NCBI GenBank assembly: GCA_964444465.1
Contig: CAYUGZ010000003.1
Coordinates: 1-58,187, forward strand
Origin: Candidatus Woesearchaeota archaeon
GTDB lineage: Archaea > Nanobdellota > Nanobdellia > SCGC-AAA011-G17 > JACPNG01
DNA length: 58,187 nucleotides
Reading direction: 5' to 3'
Both the position numbers and the translations under genes were made by a program. Positions 48,895-57,780 of this stretch are shown one piece after another; position 1 is the first letter of the stretch; every line of letters begins with the position of its first letter. The notes beneath the pieces are model-generated. The model was not told where the DNA came from, did not search any database, and worked only from the letters and a program-made list of their open reading frames with translations.

Positions 48895-50085
48895 ATGAAA
48901 TTAATGAATTTTTTGAAAAAATTAATAAAAAATAATGATTTAAAAGATTCAAAAAAAGAAATAGAAAAGATTCCTTTTGAAGAAATAGAGAATTGGGTAA
49001 AAAAGAAAGAAAAAGAAATTGAAGATAAAGGGGAAGAAAGTTTAATTTTAATTAAGGATAAAATTTCTAAAATTATTAATGATTTAAAAGAGAGAATAAA
49101 TATTTTAGAAAACATTAATGTTGAATCAAAAAATGAAGAAGAGAGAATAAAATCAATTGTAAAAGAAAGTTTGAATAATTACATTATTTATATTAAAGAT
49201 CTTGTAAAAAACGTAGATAATTTAGAAGAAGAAAAAGATCTTGAAAGATTTATTGTTAAAATAAACAATATTTTTTCAGAATTTAATAAAAGATCACATC
49301 AAAGTTATCAAAAAACTACTTTATTAATAGGAAAGGAGATGGGTGATACAAAAAATATAATTTATGATTTTCTCAAAGATTTAGAAAAAATATTCAATGA
49401 AAATAAAGAGATTATTGATTCTTCTAAGCTACTCTTTTCCATCAAATCAAATTTAGAAAAAATTAATGAAACTGATCAGATTATTAAAGATCTAAATAAT
49501 AAAATAAAGTCTTTAGATGAAAAAATAATAAATAATAAAGAGATAAATGAAAAAATTTTAAGCGATATTGAAAAAATGAAATCAAGTGAAAGTTATATTG
49601 AAAATTTAAAGAAAAAAGAAGAGATTAAACCAAAATTAGAAGATCTAGAGAAAGAAATTTTTAGATTAAAAGAGATGATTGACTTTAAAAATTTGGGTAA
49701 TATTTTTCATGTAGATGAAGAAAAGATGAATATAATAAAAGACTACAAAAAAAACTTTCAATTAGCCTTTCAAAAAGATTCTGGAAAAAATATTTTAAAT
49801 TTACTGGATGAATCTAAATTGAATAGTAAATCAATATTAAATAAAATAGATTTAATTAATAAAATTGAAAATGAAATAATTGAAAATGAAAAAATGATTA
49901 AAGAAGATGAAACTGAAAATTTAATGTCTAAAACAAAAGAGATTAGAATAGAAATTGATAAGTTAGATAATGAAAAAACAAATGAAATGAAAAAATATGA
50001 AAAGCTTAAAAGAGGAAGAGAAGAATTAATATCTCCAATAAAACAAGAATTAAGTAAATTGAATGTAGTAATATCTGTAAGTTAA
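48895..50085 (+). CDS. hypothetical long coiled-coil protein
   Basis: 396 aa; K/E/I/N-rich heptad-like sequence throughout. Confidence 0.5.
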   Translation: MKLMNFLKKLIKNNDLKDSKKEIEKIPFEEIENWVKKKEKEIEDKGEESLILIKDKISKIINDLKERINILENINVESKNEEERIKSIVKESLNNYIIYIKDLVKNVDNLEEEKDLERFIVKINNIFSEFNKRSHQSYQKTTLLIGKEMGDTKNIIYDFLKDLEKIFNENKEIIDSSKLLFSIKSNLEKINETDQIIKDLNNKIKSLDEKIINNKEINEKILSDIEKMKSSESYIENLKKKEEIKPKLEDLEKEIFRLKEMIDFKNLGNIFHVDEEKMNIIKDYKKNFQLAFQKDSGKNILNLLDESKLNSKSILNKIDLINKIENEIIENEKMIKEDETENLMSKTKEIRIEIDKLDNEKTNEMKKYEKLKRGREELISPIKQELSKLNVVISVS

Positions 50086-50086
50086 A

Positions 50087-50305
50087 TTATGTTACAGATT
50101 CAGAAGCATATCTTACAATTCTATTAAAATATATTCTACCTTTATCAGTTAATTCATAAAAAGACTCTGTTTCACCAGAGGGCAAGGGAGGTAAGTCTTC
50201 TCTTAATTGATCTTGATGTGGTTCAACTTTCTTAGCAAGTCCCAAATCAACTAAATCTAATGCAGCAGCTAAAAGATTTCTCTCTTGTGTATTAACAAAT
50301 TTCAT
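50087..50305 (-). CDS. winged-helix (PadR/MarR-like) DNA-binding protein, apparently N-terminally truncated by an in-frame TAA
   Basis: LLAAALDLVDLGLAKKVE...FYELTDKGRIYF; the frame stays open upstream to ATG 50383 except for TAA at 50326-50324. Confidence 0.5.
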   Translation of the reverse strand: MKFVNTQERNLLAAALDLVDLGLAKKVEPHQDQLREDLPPLPSGETESFYELTDKGRIYFNRIVRYASESVT

Positions 50306-50450
50306 ATAACGTACAGGTCTTCTTTAGTTTGCTAATATGGATAATACTTCTAATGATTCTCCAGTTATCTCTTTTACAGACATATTTAATATAATTAGAA
50401 TTAAATTTAAATAAACTACTATTATTCAAAATAGATAATATTTTAGAAAG

Positions 50451-51188
50451 ATGAAAAAATTTACTACACTATTAATATTTTTATTGTTAATCTCCTCAGT
50501 TTATGCTATAGACTATCCAAAATTAAAAGAATTTGTAACAGATAATGCAGATTTAATATCTATGGAAGATGAACAGAAAATAATTGAAATAGCCAAAAAA
50601 ATAGAACAAGAAACAAGTGTAGAGATAGCAATAGTAACTATTAATTCATTAGAAGGGTTGGATAAAGAAACTTATGCTTTAGAATTGTTTGAACAAGCTG
50701 GAATTGGTAAAAAAGATAAAGATAATGGATTGTTAATTTTAATAGCAATAGAAGAAAGAGAATATAGGGTAGAAGTTGGTTATGGCTTGGAGGGATTGAT
50801 TCCAGACAGCTCTAAAGTAACAATAGGAACAAGAGTTTTAGAACCAAATTTCAAACAAGATGAATTTGGGAAAGGAATTTATGAATCATTAATAGTTATA
50901 CAAGATATACTAGAAGGTGAAGGAGAAATATTATCTAGATATAAATCAACTTATACAACAAAGAGAAGAGGTGTAAGTCCAGTAACTTATGCTTATTTGA
51001 TATTTTTTGTTATTTCTATGATTAGTGGATTATTTGGTAAAAAAGGAAGAAGACGTGGATTTTTATTCTTTCCTTTAATCATTCCAGGAGGAGGTTGGAA
51101 TGGAGGAACAGGAGGATTTGGATCAAGTGGATTTGGGGGTTTCGGAGGAGGAATCTCTGGAGGGGGAGGTTTCGGAGGAAACTTTTAA
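50451..51188 (+). CDS. TPM-domain (TLP18.3/Psb32-like) protein with TM helix and Gly-rich tail
   Basis: VTDNADLIS...EIAIVTINSLEG...DNGLLILIAIEEREYRVEVGYGLEG. Confidence 0.75.
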   Translation: MKKFTTLLIFLLLISSVYAIDYPKLKEFVTDNADLISMEDEQKIIEIAKKIEQETSVEIAIVTINSLEGLDKETYALELFEQAGIGKKDKDNGLLILIAIEEREYRVEVGYGLEGLIPDSSKVTIGTRVLEPNFKQDEFGKGIYESLIVIQDILEGEGEILSRYKSTYTTKRRGVSPVTYAYLIFFVISMISGLFGKKGRRRGFLFFPLIIPGGGWNGGTGGFGSSGFGGFGGGISGGGGFGGNF

Positions 51189-51218
51189 AAATTTTAATAT
51201 ATACATAAAGGAGTAAAA

Positions 51219-51857
51219 ATGGAAGATACAATAAAAAATTTAAAAGAAATATTAAAAGAAAATCTAATTACTGTAGCTGAATATGGTAAGAAAGATAAAA
51301 CTCATTTAATAATTCTAGAAAGTTTAGATACTAATGTTCTAAATGAAATTAAACAAGAAATAAAAAACTATCATAAAAAAACAAAGAAATATCCCTTATT
51401 ATTAACAAAAGAAGAGTTAACTGATGGTTTGGATGTTTTTCCATTAGAATTTCTAAATATTAAATTAAATCATAAAATTTTATATGGTGGAGGAATCTTA
51501 AAAAATTTAGAATTTGAGAAGAAATTTGTAAGAAGAGAACTAGAATTTGAGTTTAGATCAAAATTAATAAATTTAAGACAAGGTTATTTAGAAGTTGAAA
51601 ATAAAAAACAATTTAAGATTATTCTGGAAAAAGCCATTCCAACATTAATTCCAATATTAAACGGATTGTTATTCTTAAAAGATATTGATATTCCTAATGA
51701 TCTAGATGAAATATTTAATTTAGTATCAAAAGAATATAAAACAGATTTGAGTATACTAAAAAACCTAGAAACTTTAACTAATGCTGAAGAGTCAATTAAA
51801 GATTTAATAACTCTACTTACAGAATTAGGTGAAACATTAGATGAGATGAAAGTATAA
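51219..51857 (+). CDS. hypothetical protein
   Basis: 212-codon ORF with AAGGAG Shine-Dalgarno. Confidence 0.45.
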   Translation: MEDTIKNLKEILKENLITVAEYGKKDKTHLIILESLDTNVLNEIKQEIKNYHKKTKKYPLLLTKEELTDGLDVFPLEFLNIKLNHKILYGGGILKNLEFEKKFVRRELEFEFRSKLINLRQGYLEVENKKQFKIILEKAIPTLIPILNGLLFLKDIDIPNDLDEIFNLVSKEYKTDLSILKNLETLTNAEESIKDLITLLTELGETLDEMKV

Positions 51858-51862
51858 TTTTC

Positions 51863-52126
51863 TCATATACTCTTATAATATTGTACAGAATAGAATAATG
51901 AATTTTTTCCTTTATAAGTAAGCAATTTGACTAAATAAAATTCCACATCTTCTGGTCTATTCTCTTCTATAATCGATAATAGTCTAGAGCTATCTTCTTC
52001 TAAACCTTGCATTTCTATGACTTTGCCAAACATCTCTAATTTATTAAGGAGAATAGGAGGCTTATTTAATTTTTTTAATTTTATTTTTTTAGTCTCTGTT
52101 GGTTTTGAAATTGTAGTTATATCCAT
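51863..52126 (-). CDS. hypothetical small protein
   Basis: Track ORF begins at TTG 52144; ATG 52126 (MDITTISKP) sits at the conserved position behind cassette copy C. Confidence 0.45.
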   Translation of the reverse strand: MDITTISKPTETKKIKLKKLNKPPILLNKLEMFGKVIEMQGLEEDSSRLLSIIEENRPEDVEFYLVKLLTYKGKNSLFYSVQYYKSI

Positions 52127-52203
52127 TTTATTCCTCAATATCAATCCTTTTTAGAACTCTTTTTTATTAATTTTAATTGTAATTTCAGTTTATAAATCTT
52201 ACT
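52127..52203 (-). promoter_or_regulatory. shared promoter + 5' leader cassette, copy C
   Basis: AGTAAGATTTATAAACTGAAATT...TAATAAAAAAGAGTTCTAAAAAGGATTGAT...GAGGAATAAAATG. Confidence 0.55.
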
Positions 52204-52255
52204 CTAACTAGAAACATATAGTTATATTTAAAAACTAACAAATAAAGAAAATAAG

Positions 52256-52849
52256 ATGAGAAGAATGAAGAAAAACACTAAGATTATAATTGGTGTAGTA
52301 GCAGTTGTATTAATTTTAATTTTTTGGTATGTTGGGATTTATAATAGTTTGATAACATTAGATGAAACAGTTAATGAAAAATGGGCTCAAGTAGAGAACC
52401 AATATCAAAGAAGAGCAGATTTGATTCCTAATTTAATAAACACAGTTACAGGAGCAAGAGACTTTGAAGCAAATACTCAAGCAGATATAGCAAAATTAAG
52501 AACACAAGCTACTCAAATTAAACAAGATGTAGCTAAAGGTTTGAATCCTTCTCAATTAAACCAAATGGATACTAGAATGGGTTCTGTTTTAAGTGGATTA
52601 AATATAGTTGTAGAAGCATATCCTGATTTGAAAGCAACTGAAAACTTCTTAGCTTTGCAATCTCAATTAGAAGGAACAGAAAATAGAATCTCAACAGAAA
52701 GAATGAGATATAATGAAGCTGTAAAATTGTTTAATATTAAAATAAAAAGAATTCCAAGTAAATGGGTAGCTTCTCAGCTAGGATATACAGATAAAGAATT
52801 CTATGAGATTGAAGAAGGTGTAGAAGAAGTCCCATTAGTTGAGTTTTAA
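52256..52849 (+). CDS. lemA: LemA family membrane protein
   Basis: N-terminal TM helix, then NEKWAQVENQYQRRADLIPNL and LQSQLEGTENRISTERMRYNEAV. Confidence 0.85.
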   Translation: MRRMKKNTKIIIGVVAVVLILIFWYVGIYNSLITLDETVNEKWAQVENQYQRRADLIPNLINTVTGARDFEANTQADIAKLRTQATQIKQDVAKGLNPSQLNQMDTRMGSVLSGLNIVVEAYPDLKATENFLALQSQLEGTENRISTERMRYNEAVKLFNIKIKRIPSKWVASQLGYTDKEFYEIEEGVEEVPLVEF

Positions 52850-52879
52850 TTATTTTTCTATAGTAAGATTATTAAATTT

Positions 52880-54124
52880 TTGTTTTTAGATATTCTTATG
52901 CAAGAAAAAGTAACAAAGGCAGTAATAACAGCAAGTTATAATGATGATGGTAAAGAAGGCCCTATTAGAGATAAAGTAATGGGACAAGTGGAAAAAGAAA
53001 GAGAAAAAGGCTATAAATTTCTTAATCATCTTATTTTAAGAGACACTAAACATCATAGAGTTACTAAATTTAATTTTTTATTAGATAAAACTCCAATAAT
53101 CTCTCATGTTTTATACAATACTTCTAGAACATCTTTAGAAGAAATAACAGTTGTAGGAGATGAAATAACAAGAGCTAATGTAGAAGCTTTCTCAGATTAT
53201 TTTGATGATTCAAGATTTAAATATGTTAATGAAGGCCCTCCAAAAGAATGGAAACTTTCAGAAACATTAAGAAAAGGGGATTCAGGAGGACAGATAGTAT
53301 TAACTTTAATGGGAGATTTGCCTTTAGCATGGAACTTAAAACATATTCTACATGACCCAGACATTCCTAATTATGATGCAATTTTTGATCTTAATACTAA
53401 AAGAAAAGTTGGAAAACATTTTCCAAGATACTACCATTTTAAGATAAGGCATAAAGGGGTTAATTGGTTAGCAAAAGAACCTAATCTTTATTTAATGGAT
53501 ATAGGAAAAATAAAACATGTATCTAATTTGATGTATAGTGGTAGAAAAACACATATGGGTGGAGGAAGGAGTGAACTATTTCAAAAATTGTTTATGGAAA
53601 ATAATAAGTGGAAGATTACATTAGAAGGATTGGGTAAAATATATGCAGCTCAAACAGCTTTTAACTGGATAGCAGGAAGAAAATTACTTTTAAAACCTGA
53701 AAAACTTCAAAAAGTAATAGAGGATTTAGAAGGTATAAAAACAAAATTTAAAGCAGACAATGATCAACCCGGAACACTAGAAGATATTGATTCTTTAGAA
53801 GACTGGGCTTATCTTTATGATATGTTATCAAGAGCAAAAGATAGATATTATCCTCATTTTTCAAAGTTAAGAAAATTTTCAGAAGATATTATGCCTGAAC
53901 TTAAAAGAAATCATGAATTTTATTATGGTTTTGAAGATTATATAAATTTATTATTCAAGGATTATAATCTTCCAGAACCTTTTGTTAGTAAAGGGGTGTT
54001 TGAAAATCCATTTACATCAAATAAAGTAGACCCTTCCACTAGAAGTAGAGTAAAAAGAATGATGTGGTTTAATATTTTAACCCATAGAAGATATAATAGA
54101 AAACATTCATCAAATATTTTATGA
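52880..54124 (+). CDS. hypothetical protein, possibly MobA-like/GT-A-fold nucleotidyltransferase
   Basis: Weak pattern only: AVITAS..., LTLMGDLPL, EDIDSLEDW; TTG start in the track, ATG at 52898 possible. Confidence 0.4.
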   Translation: MFLDILMQEKVTKAVITASYNDDGKEGPIRDKVMGQVEKEREKGYKFLNHLILRDTKHHRVTKFNFLLDKTPIISHVLYNTSRTSLEEITVVGDEITRANVEAFSDYFDDSRFKYVNEGPPKEWKLSETLRKGDSGGQIVLTLMGDLPLAWNLKHILHDPDIPNYDAIFDLNTKRKVGKHFPRYYHFKIRHKGVNWLAKEPNLYLMDIGKIKHVSNLMYSGRKTHMGGGRSELFQKLFMENNKWKITLEGLGKIYAAQTAFNWIAGRKLLLKPEKLQKVIEDLEGIKTKFKADNDQPGTLEDIDSLEDWAYLYDMLSRAKDRYYPHFSKLRKFSEDIMPELKRNHEFYYGFEDYINLLFKDYNLPEPFVSKGVFENPFTSNKVDPSTRSRVKRMMWFNILTHRRYNRKHSSNIL

Positions 54125-54176
54125 GGTAAATATTTATAGTAAGAATATTAATTGATATTTTAAGGAAAATTAGGAA

Positions 54177-54470
54177 ATTAATTATCATCAAAGATGTGAA
54201 GTTAAAGAATGTAATGAACCAGCCAAATATGATATTGTATGGTATGGTTATAGAGAAAATGAAGAAGGTATAGAATATGAAATACATGAAATAGAAGTTT
54301 CATTAGATGTATGTGGGGATAAAGAACATATGGTTAAAGTGAGTCTAATGAATAAGAGTTGGGGGAATCCTGATGATATTCTTGATGGAAGTGAAGAACA
54401 AAAATCCTTATTAGAAGAGACTATACTAAAATTAACAGAATTAAGCAATGGAGAAGAAAATGGTATATGA
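54177..54470 (+). CDS. hypothetical protein without a canonical start codon
   Basis: Frame open 54174-54470 and coding-like (YHQRCEVKECNEPAKYDIVWYGYRENEEGIEYEIHEIEVSLDVCGDKEH...); no early ATG/GTG/TTG; ATT 54177 follows an AAGGAAAA purine tract. Confidence 0.25.
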   Translation: MNYHQRCEVKECNEPAKYDIVWYGYRENEEGIEYEIHEIEVSLDVCGDKEHMVKVSLMNKSWGNPDDILDGSEEQKSLLEETILKLTELSNGEENGI

Positions 54471-54735
54471 TGGAAAATCAGTGTCTGAAATAAAACCTAA
54501 AAAAACAGATATTTTAATAGGAATTTACAGACACTTTAAAGGCGGTAGATATGAAGTCTTTGATACAGCAAGACATACTGAAACAGATGAAGAATTTGTT
54601 GTTTATAGAAACCTTGATGATTATACTTGTTGGGTTAGACCTAAAGAAAATTTTCTTGAACATGTTGTAGTAGGAAATGAAAAAGTTCCTCGCTTTGAAT
54701 ATATTGAACAAGGAGAAGAAAATAATGTTTTCTGA
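54448..54735 (+). CDS. DUF1653-like protein
   Basis: GIYRHFKGGRYEV...HTETDEEFVVYRNL...WVRPKENF pattern. Confidence 0.6.
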   Translation: MEKKMVYDGKSVSEIKPKKTDILIGIYRHFKGGRYEVFDTARHTETDEEFVVYRNLDDYTCWVRPKENFLEHVVVGNEKVPRFEYIEQGEENNVF

Positions 54736-54800
54736 GTATTTAAATATAACTAGAAAAGTCAATCAAATCTTCTAATTCAATTAACAATTCTTCCTTAAAA

Positions 54801-55442
54801 TTAACCATTACTAAACTCACATTGATTCTTTTTATGTAAAACACAAGCTTTACATTTATATGAAGAGATATTATGTTCGGGATTAACCTCTTTTTTAAAT
54901 AATAACAACATTCTATTGATTATACTAAAAACTTCATTAAGATTTTCTTCATTAAATTCTTCCTTCCACACCTCTAAATTAGAATCTCTATCTCTTAAAA
55001 TTGCTAAAACTTTTTTATTAGAATGTTCAGGATAATTTTTCTTTACAAATTCTTTTATTAAGATACAATAAGCCCATATCTGTCTTTTGTAGCCTAGATA
55101 GGGTTTTGCTCTTGGTTTATCATCAATAACATATAAATTATTTTCATCAACACCTAATTCATCTATCTTTCCTTTTAAAATAAAATCATCAAATTCTTCT
55201 TTTAGATATATTTCTTTAGTTATTGTATAAACTTGAGATTTTAGAAAATCTTCAGGTGTAGTTGGAACAGCAACTTCTTTAAATTTATCTTCTTTTTCTT
55301 GATGAATCTCTTTTCCAACAATCATTGATTGTGTTATTGGAACTTTTTCTTTTAGTACATTTTCTAGATACCATTTCCACTCACAATATTCATGAGATCC
55401 AAGCCAGGAAGCATTAATTGGTATTTTTTCAGACATTTCCAT
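54801..55442 (-). CDS. Cas4-like PD-(D/E)XK nuclease with Cys cluster
   Basis: N-terminal Cys (SHEYCEWKWY), GKIDEL...YVIDDKP...YKRQIWAYC nuclease core, C-terminal CKACVLHKKNQC. Confidence 0.6.
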   Translation of the reverse strand: MEMSEKIPINASWLGSHEYCEWKWYLENVLKEKVPITQSMIVGKEIHQEKEDKFKEVAVPTTPEDFLKSQVYTITKEIYLKEEFDDFILKGKIDELGVDENNLYVIDDKPRAKPYLGYKRQIWAYCILIKEFVKKNYPEHSNKKVLAILRDRDSNLEVWKEEFNEENLNEVFSIINRMLLLFKKEVNPEHNISSYKCKACVLHKKNQCEFSNG

Positions 55443-55466
55443 TATTATCTAATGTTTTTTAATTAT

Positions 55467-55778
55467 TTAATCTAAATTTAATTCAGAAACCATTTCTTCT
55501 AATCTCTCTCTTGAATAAGAGCCATGAACTGGTTTTCTTTGATAAGCTTTGTCTCCATGACGCTCAGAATTAACAAGAAGACCTTTCCTATTATATCTAA
55601 ATTTCCCTAACAACCTAAATATTTCCAGTTGTCTTTTTATTAATTCATCTTTTATTGCAATTTTTGGACCTTTTTTAACATAAATTTTAGTTCCATTTAG
55701 CTCAATTGGCCCAAGTCTATAAACCCCTGTATTTGATTCAGAAGTATAATTATAATTGTTATTATTATCTGTTCCCAT
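55467..55778 (-). CDS. hypothetical small basic protein
   Basis: 103-codon ORF behind cassette copy D; its stop is 24 nt before the nuclease start. Confidence 0.45.
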   Translation of the reverse strand: MGTDNNNNYNYTSESNTGVYRLGPIELNGTKIYVKKGPKIAIKDELIKRQLEIFRLLGKFRYNRKGLLVNSERHGDKAYQRKPVHGSYSRERLEEMVSELNLD

Positions 55779-55852
55779 TTTATTCCTATCAACTCTCTTT
55801 AGAACTCTTTTTTATTAATATTACTTAGAATTTCAGTTTATAAACCTTACTT
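55779..55852 (-). promoter_or_regulatory. shared promoter + 5' leader cassette, copy D
   Basis: AGTAAGGTTTATAAACTGAAATT...TAATAAAAAAGAGTTCTAAAGAGAGTTGATAGGAATAAAATG. Confidence 0.55.
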
Positions 55853-55879
55853 TATCTTATCTCTTAAAACCATTCTCAG

Positions 55880-57718
55880 TTATTTTGAAAAATTAAAAAT
55901 TCTTAAATCTGGACTTAACAGATTAATATGGTCCTCTTCAGATCTTAACCCTCTATAAATCCTTTGCATAAATTCTCTTTTAGCTTTATCTCCAAATAAA
56001 GTCCAAAAATGTCTTGAATTACTTTTTTTAAGAACTCTCCAAAATAAAGAACTTATGTTAGGATTAGGATATTTAGTAAATATTATACTATTACAAATAT
56101 CTCCAGGAAAATCTACCCCTCGATTACATTTAGTTGAGTACAAAACATCAATATCTTTATTCTTAAACTGTTGAACTAATTCTCCTTTCTTAAATTTATC
56201 TTGTTCATCTTGTAATTCTTTTCTTGTTTTTAGATTAGGAATATTATATTTGTAACATTCTTCTTCAGTTGGCAAGTCTAAAAAAGCATTAACATGAATT
56301 AATATCGGCTTTTCAGCTATTTCAACAGATTTAGACAATGCTTTCATATATTCCTCTCTTGAACCTTCTTGTTTTAAATATCTATAATCAAATATCTTTT
56401 CCAATCCCGTTCTAACATTAGTTATTCCACCCCTATGAGTCACCTCAGCTTCAACAGTTTTAAACTCTTTAACCCCAAATATCTCTTTTAAAACAGAATC
56501 AGAATGAACAGTCCCACTCATCATCACAAATACTTTATTTTTATCTAAAAATTCTTTTAATTTTTTATCTAGATTAACAGTTATTAAATTAGCAATTAAA
56601 TTATTATAATCATCTTTGTAAAATGTTAGATAAGTTTCATCAAAAAAATCTTCAAACATCTTTCCAGTTTGATAAACATTAAGAATATAATTTGAGGTTT
56701 CATCTTCTGTTAAATCAATTAATTTAGGATTGTCTATAATCCATTTTAACAAATCTAAGATTTTTGTATTTTTAACTAATAATATCTCTTTAGTTTTTAT
56801 AGAATTTAAAATATTATTATCTCTTGATATTTCAGCTACTAAATCATTAATTTCTATTGTTAATTCTTTCAAATCTAAGTTATCAGTTTGAATATTAGTT
56901 AAGTTTCTTGATAACCTATCTAAATTTATTTTTTTTTCATTAGACAAATTATCTAAAAATTCATCGCACTCATCTATAATCTCAACCTCAGTTGAAGGTT
57001 TTCTATCCATAACATTTTCTAGCTCATATTTTTTACTATTAAAAATAATTACGTCAGAATTAATATAACTTATAAACTGCCCATAATAACCACAACCTTC
57101 TTTTCTTTTGTAATAAGTAAAAGTTTTATCATTCAAACCTTTGTAAGTTAATTCTTCAGAGCCTTCTATATCATATTTTCCTCCAAACCAATCCTTACAA
57201 ATAATTGGAGACCAATAAGGACAGGCAGGAGCTATTGATTTTCTTCTTACATCCTCTACATCTTCAAAATCTTTTAGTTTAACTGAAGGATTTTGGTTAA
57301 TATAACCTCTAATCAAATCCATATTTTCTTTCTTAATCTCAATATCACAAGGTAAAAATTTATTGTCTGCATTACAATCCCCTTCAAATATACAATTATG
57401 ATTACCTCTTCCATCAATAATGGAAATATTCAGTTTTTCTTTGTTATTTTTTAGGATATGAAGTTTATCAGTATAATCTTCTTCATATTGTTTTTGTAAA
57501 GGTTTAACAGGGACAACAATAGATGTTTTACCTAATTCTTTGGCTAAATTTAATGCAATTGCACTTTTTCCAGTCCCACAAATCCCCTTAATAAAAATTA
57601 TCTTATTTCCTTGTTTAATTGCTTCAATAGTTTCTCGTACAACATCTAATTGAGATTTGTTATTAGAAAATACAAAAGGCTCTAGAAATTTTTCTTTGTT
57701 ATACAAACTCCACATCAT
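55880..57718 (-). CDS. XPD/Rad3/DinG-like superfamily 2 helicase with Cys-rich insert
   Basis: Walker A GICGTGKS, motif II IIDECDEF, Cys-rich insert between motifs I and II (NHNC, GDC, LPC, PACPYW), C-terminal NRGVDFPGD and QRIYRGLRSEED. Confidence 0.7.
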   Translation of the reverse strand: MMWSLYNKEKFLEPFVFSNNKSQLDVVRETIEAIKQGNKIIFIKGICGTGKSAIALNLAKELGKTSIVVPVKPLQKQYEEDYTDKLHILKNNKEKLNISIIDGRGNHNCIFEGDCNADNKFLPCDIEIKKENMDLIRGYINQNPSVKLKDFEDVEDVRRKSIAPACPYWSPIICKDWFGGKYDIEGSEELTYKGLNDKTFTYYKRKEGCGYYGQFISYINSDVIIFNSKKYELENVMDRKPSTEVEIIDECDEFLDNLSNEKKINLDRLSRNLTNIQTDNLDLKELTIEINDLVAEISRDNNILNSIKTKEILLVKNTKILDLLKWIIDNPKLIDLTEDETSNYILNVYQTGKMFEDFFDETYLTFYKDDYNNLIANLITVNLDKKLKEFLDKNKVFVMMSGTVHSDSVLKEIFGVKEFKTVEAEVTHRGGITNVRTGLEKIFDYRYLKQEGSREEYMKALSKSVEIAEKPILIHVNAFLDLPTEEECYKYNIPNLKTRKELQDEQDKFKKGELVQQFKNKDIDVLYSTKCNRGVDFPGDICNSIIFTKYPNPNISSLFWRVLKKSNSRHFWTLFGDKAKREFMQRIYRGLRSEEDHINLLSPDLRIFNFSK

Positions 57719-57780
57719 TTTAGATTTCTAAGAAATCAACCCTTATTAAATATTCTCTAAATAATAGATTTGTTTAAATT

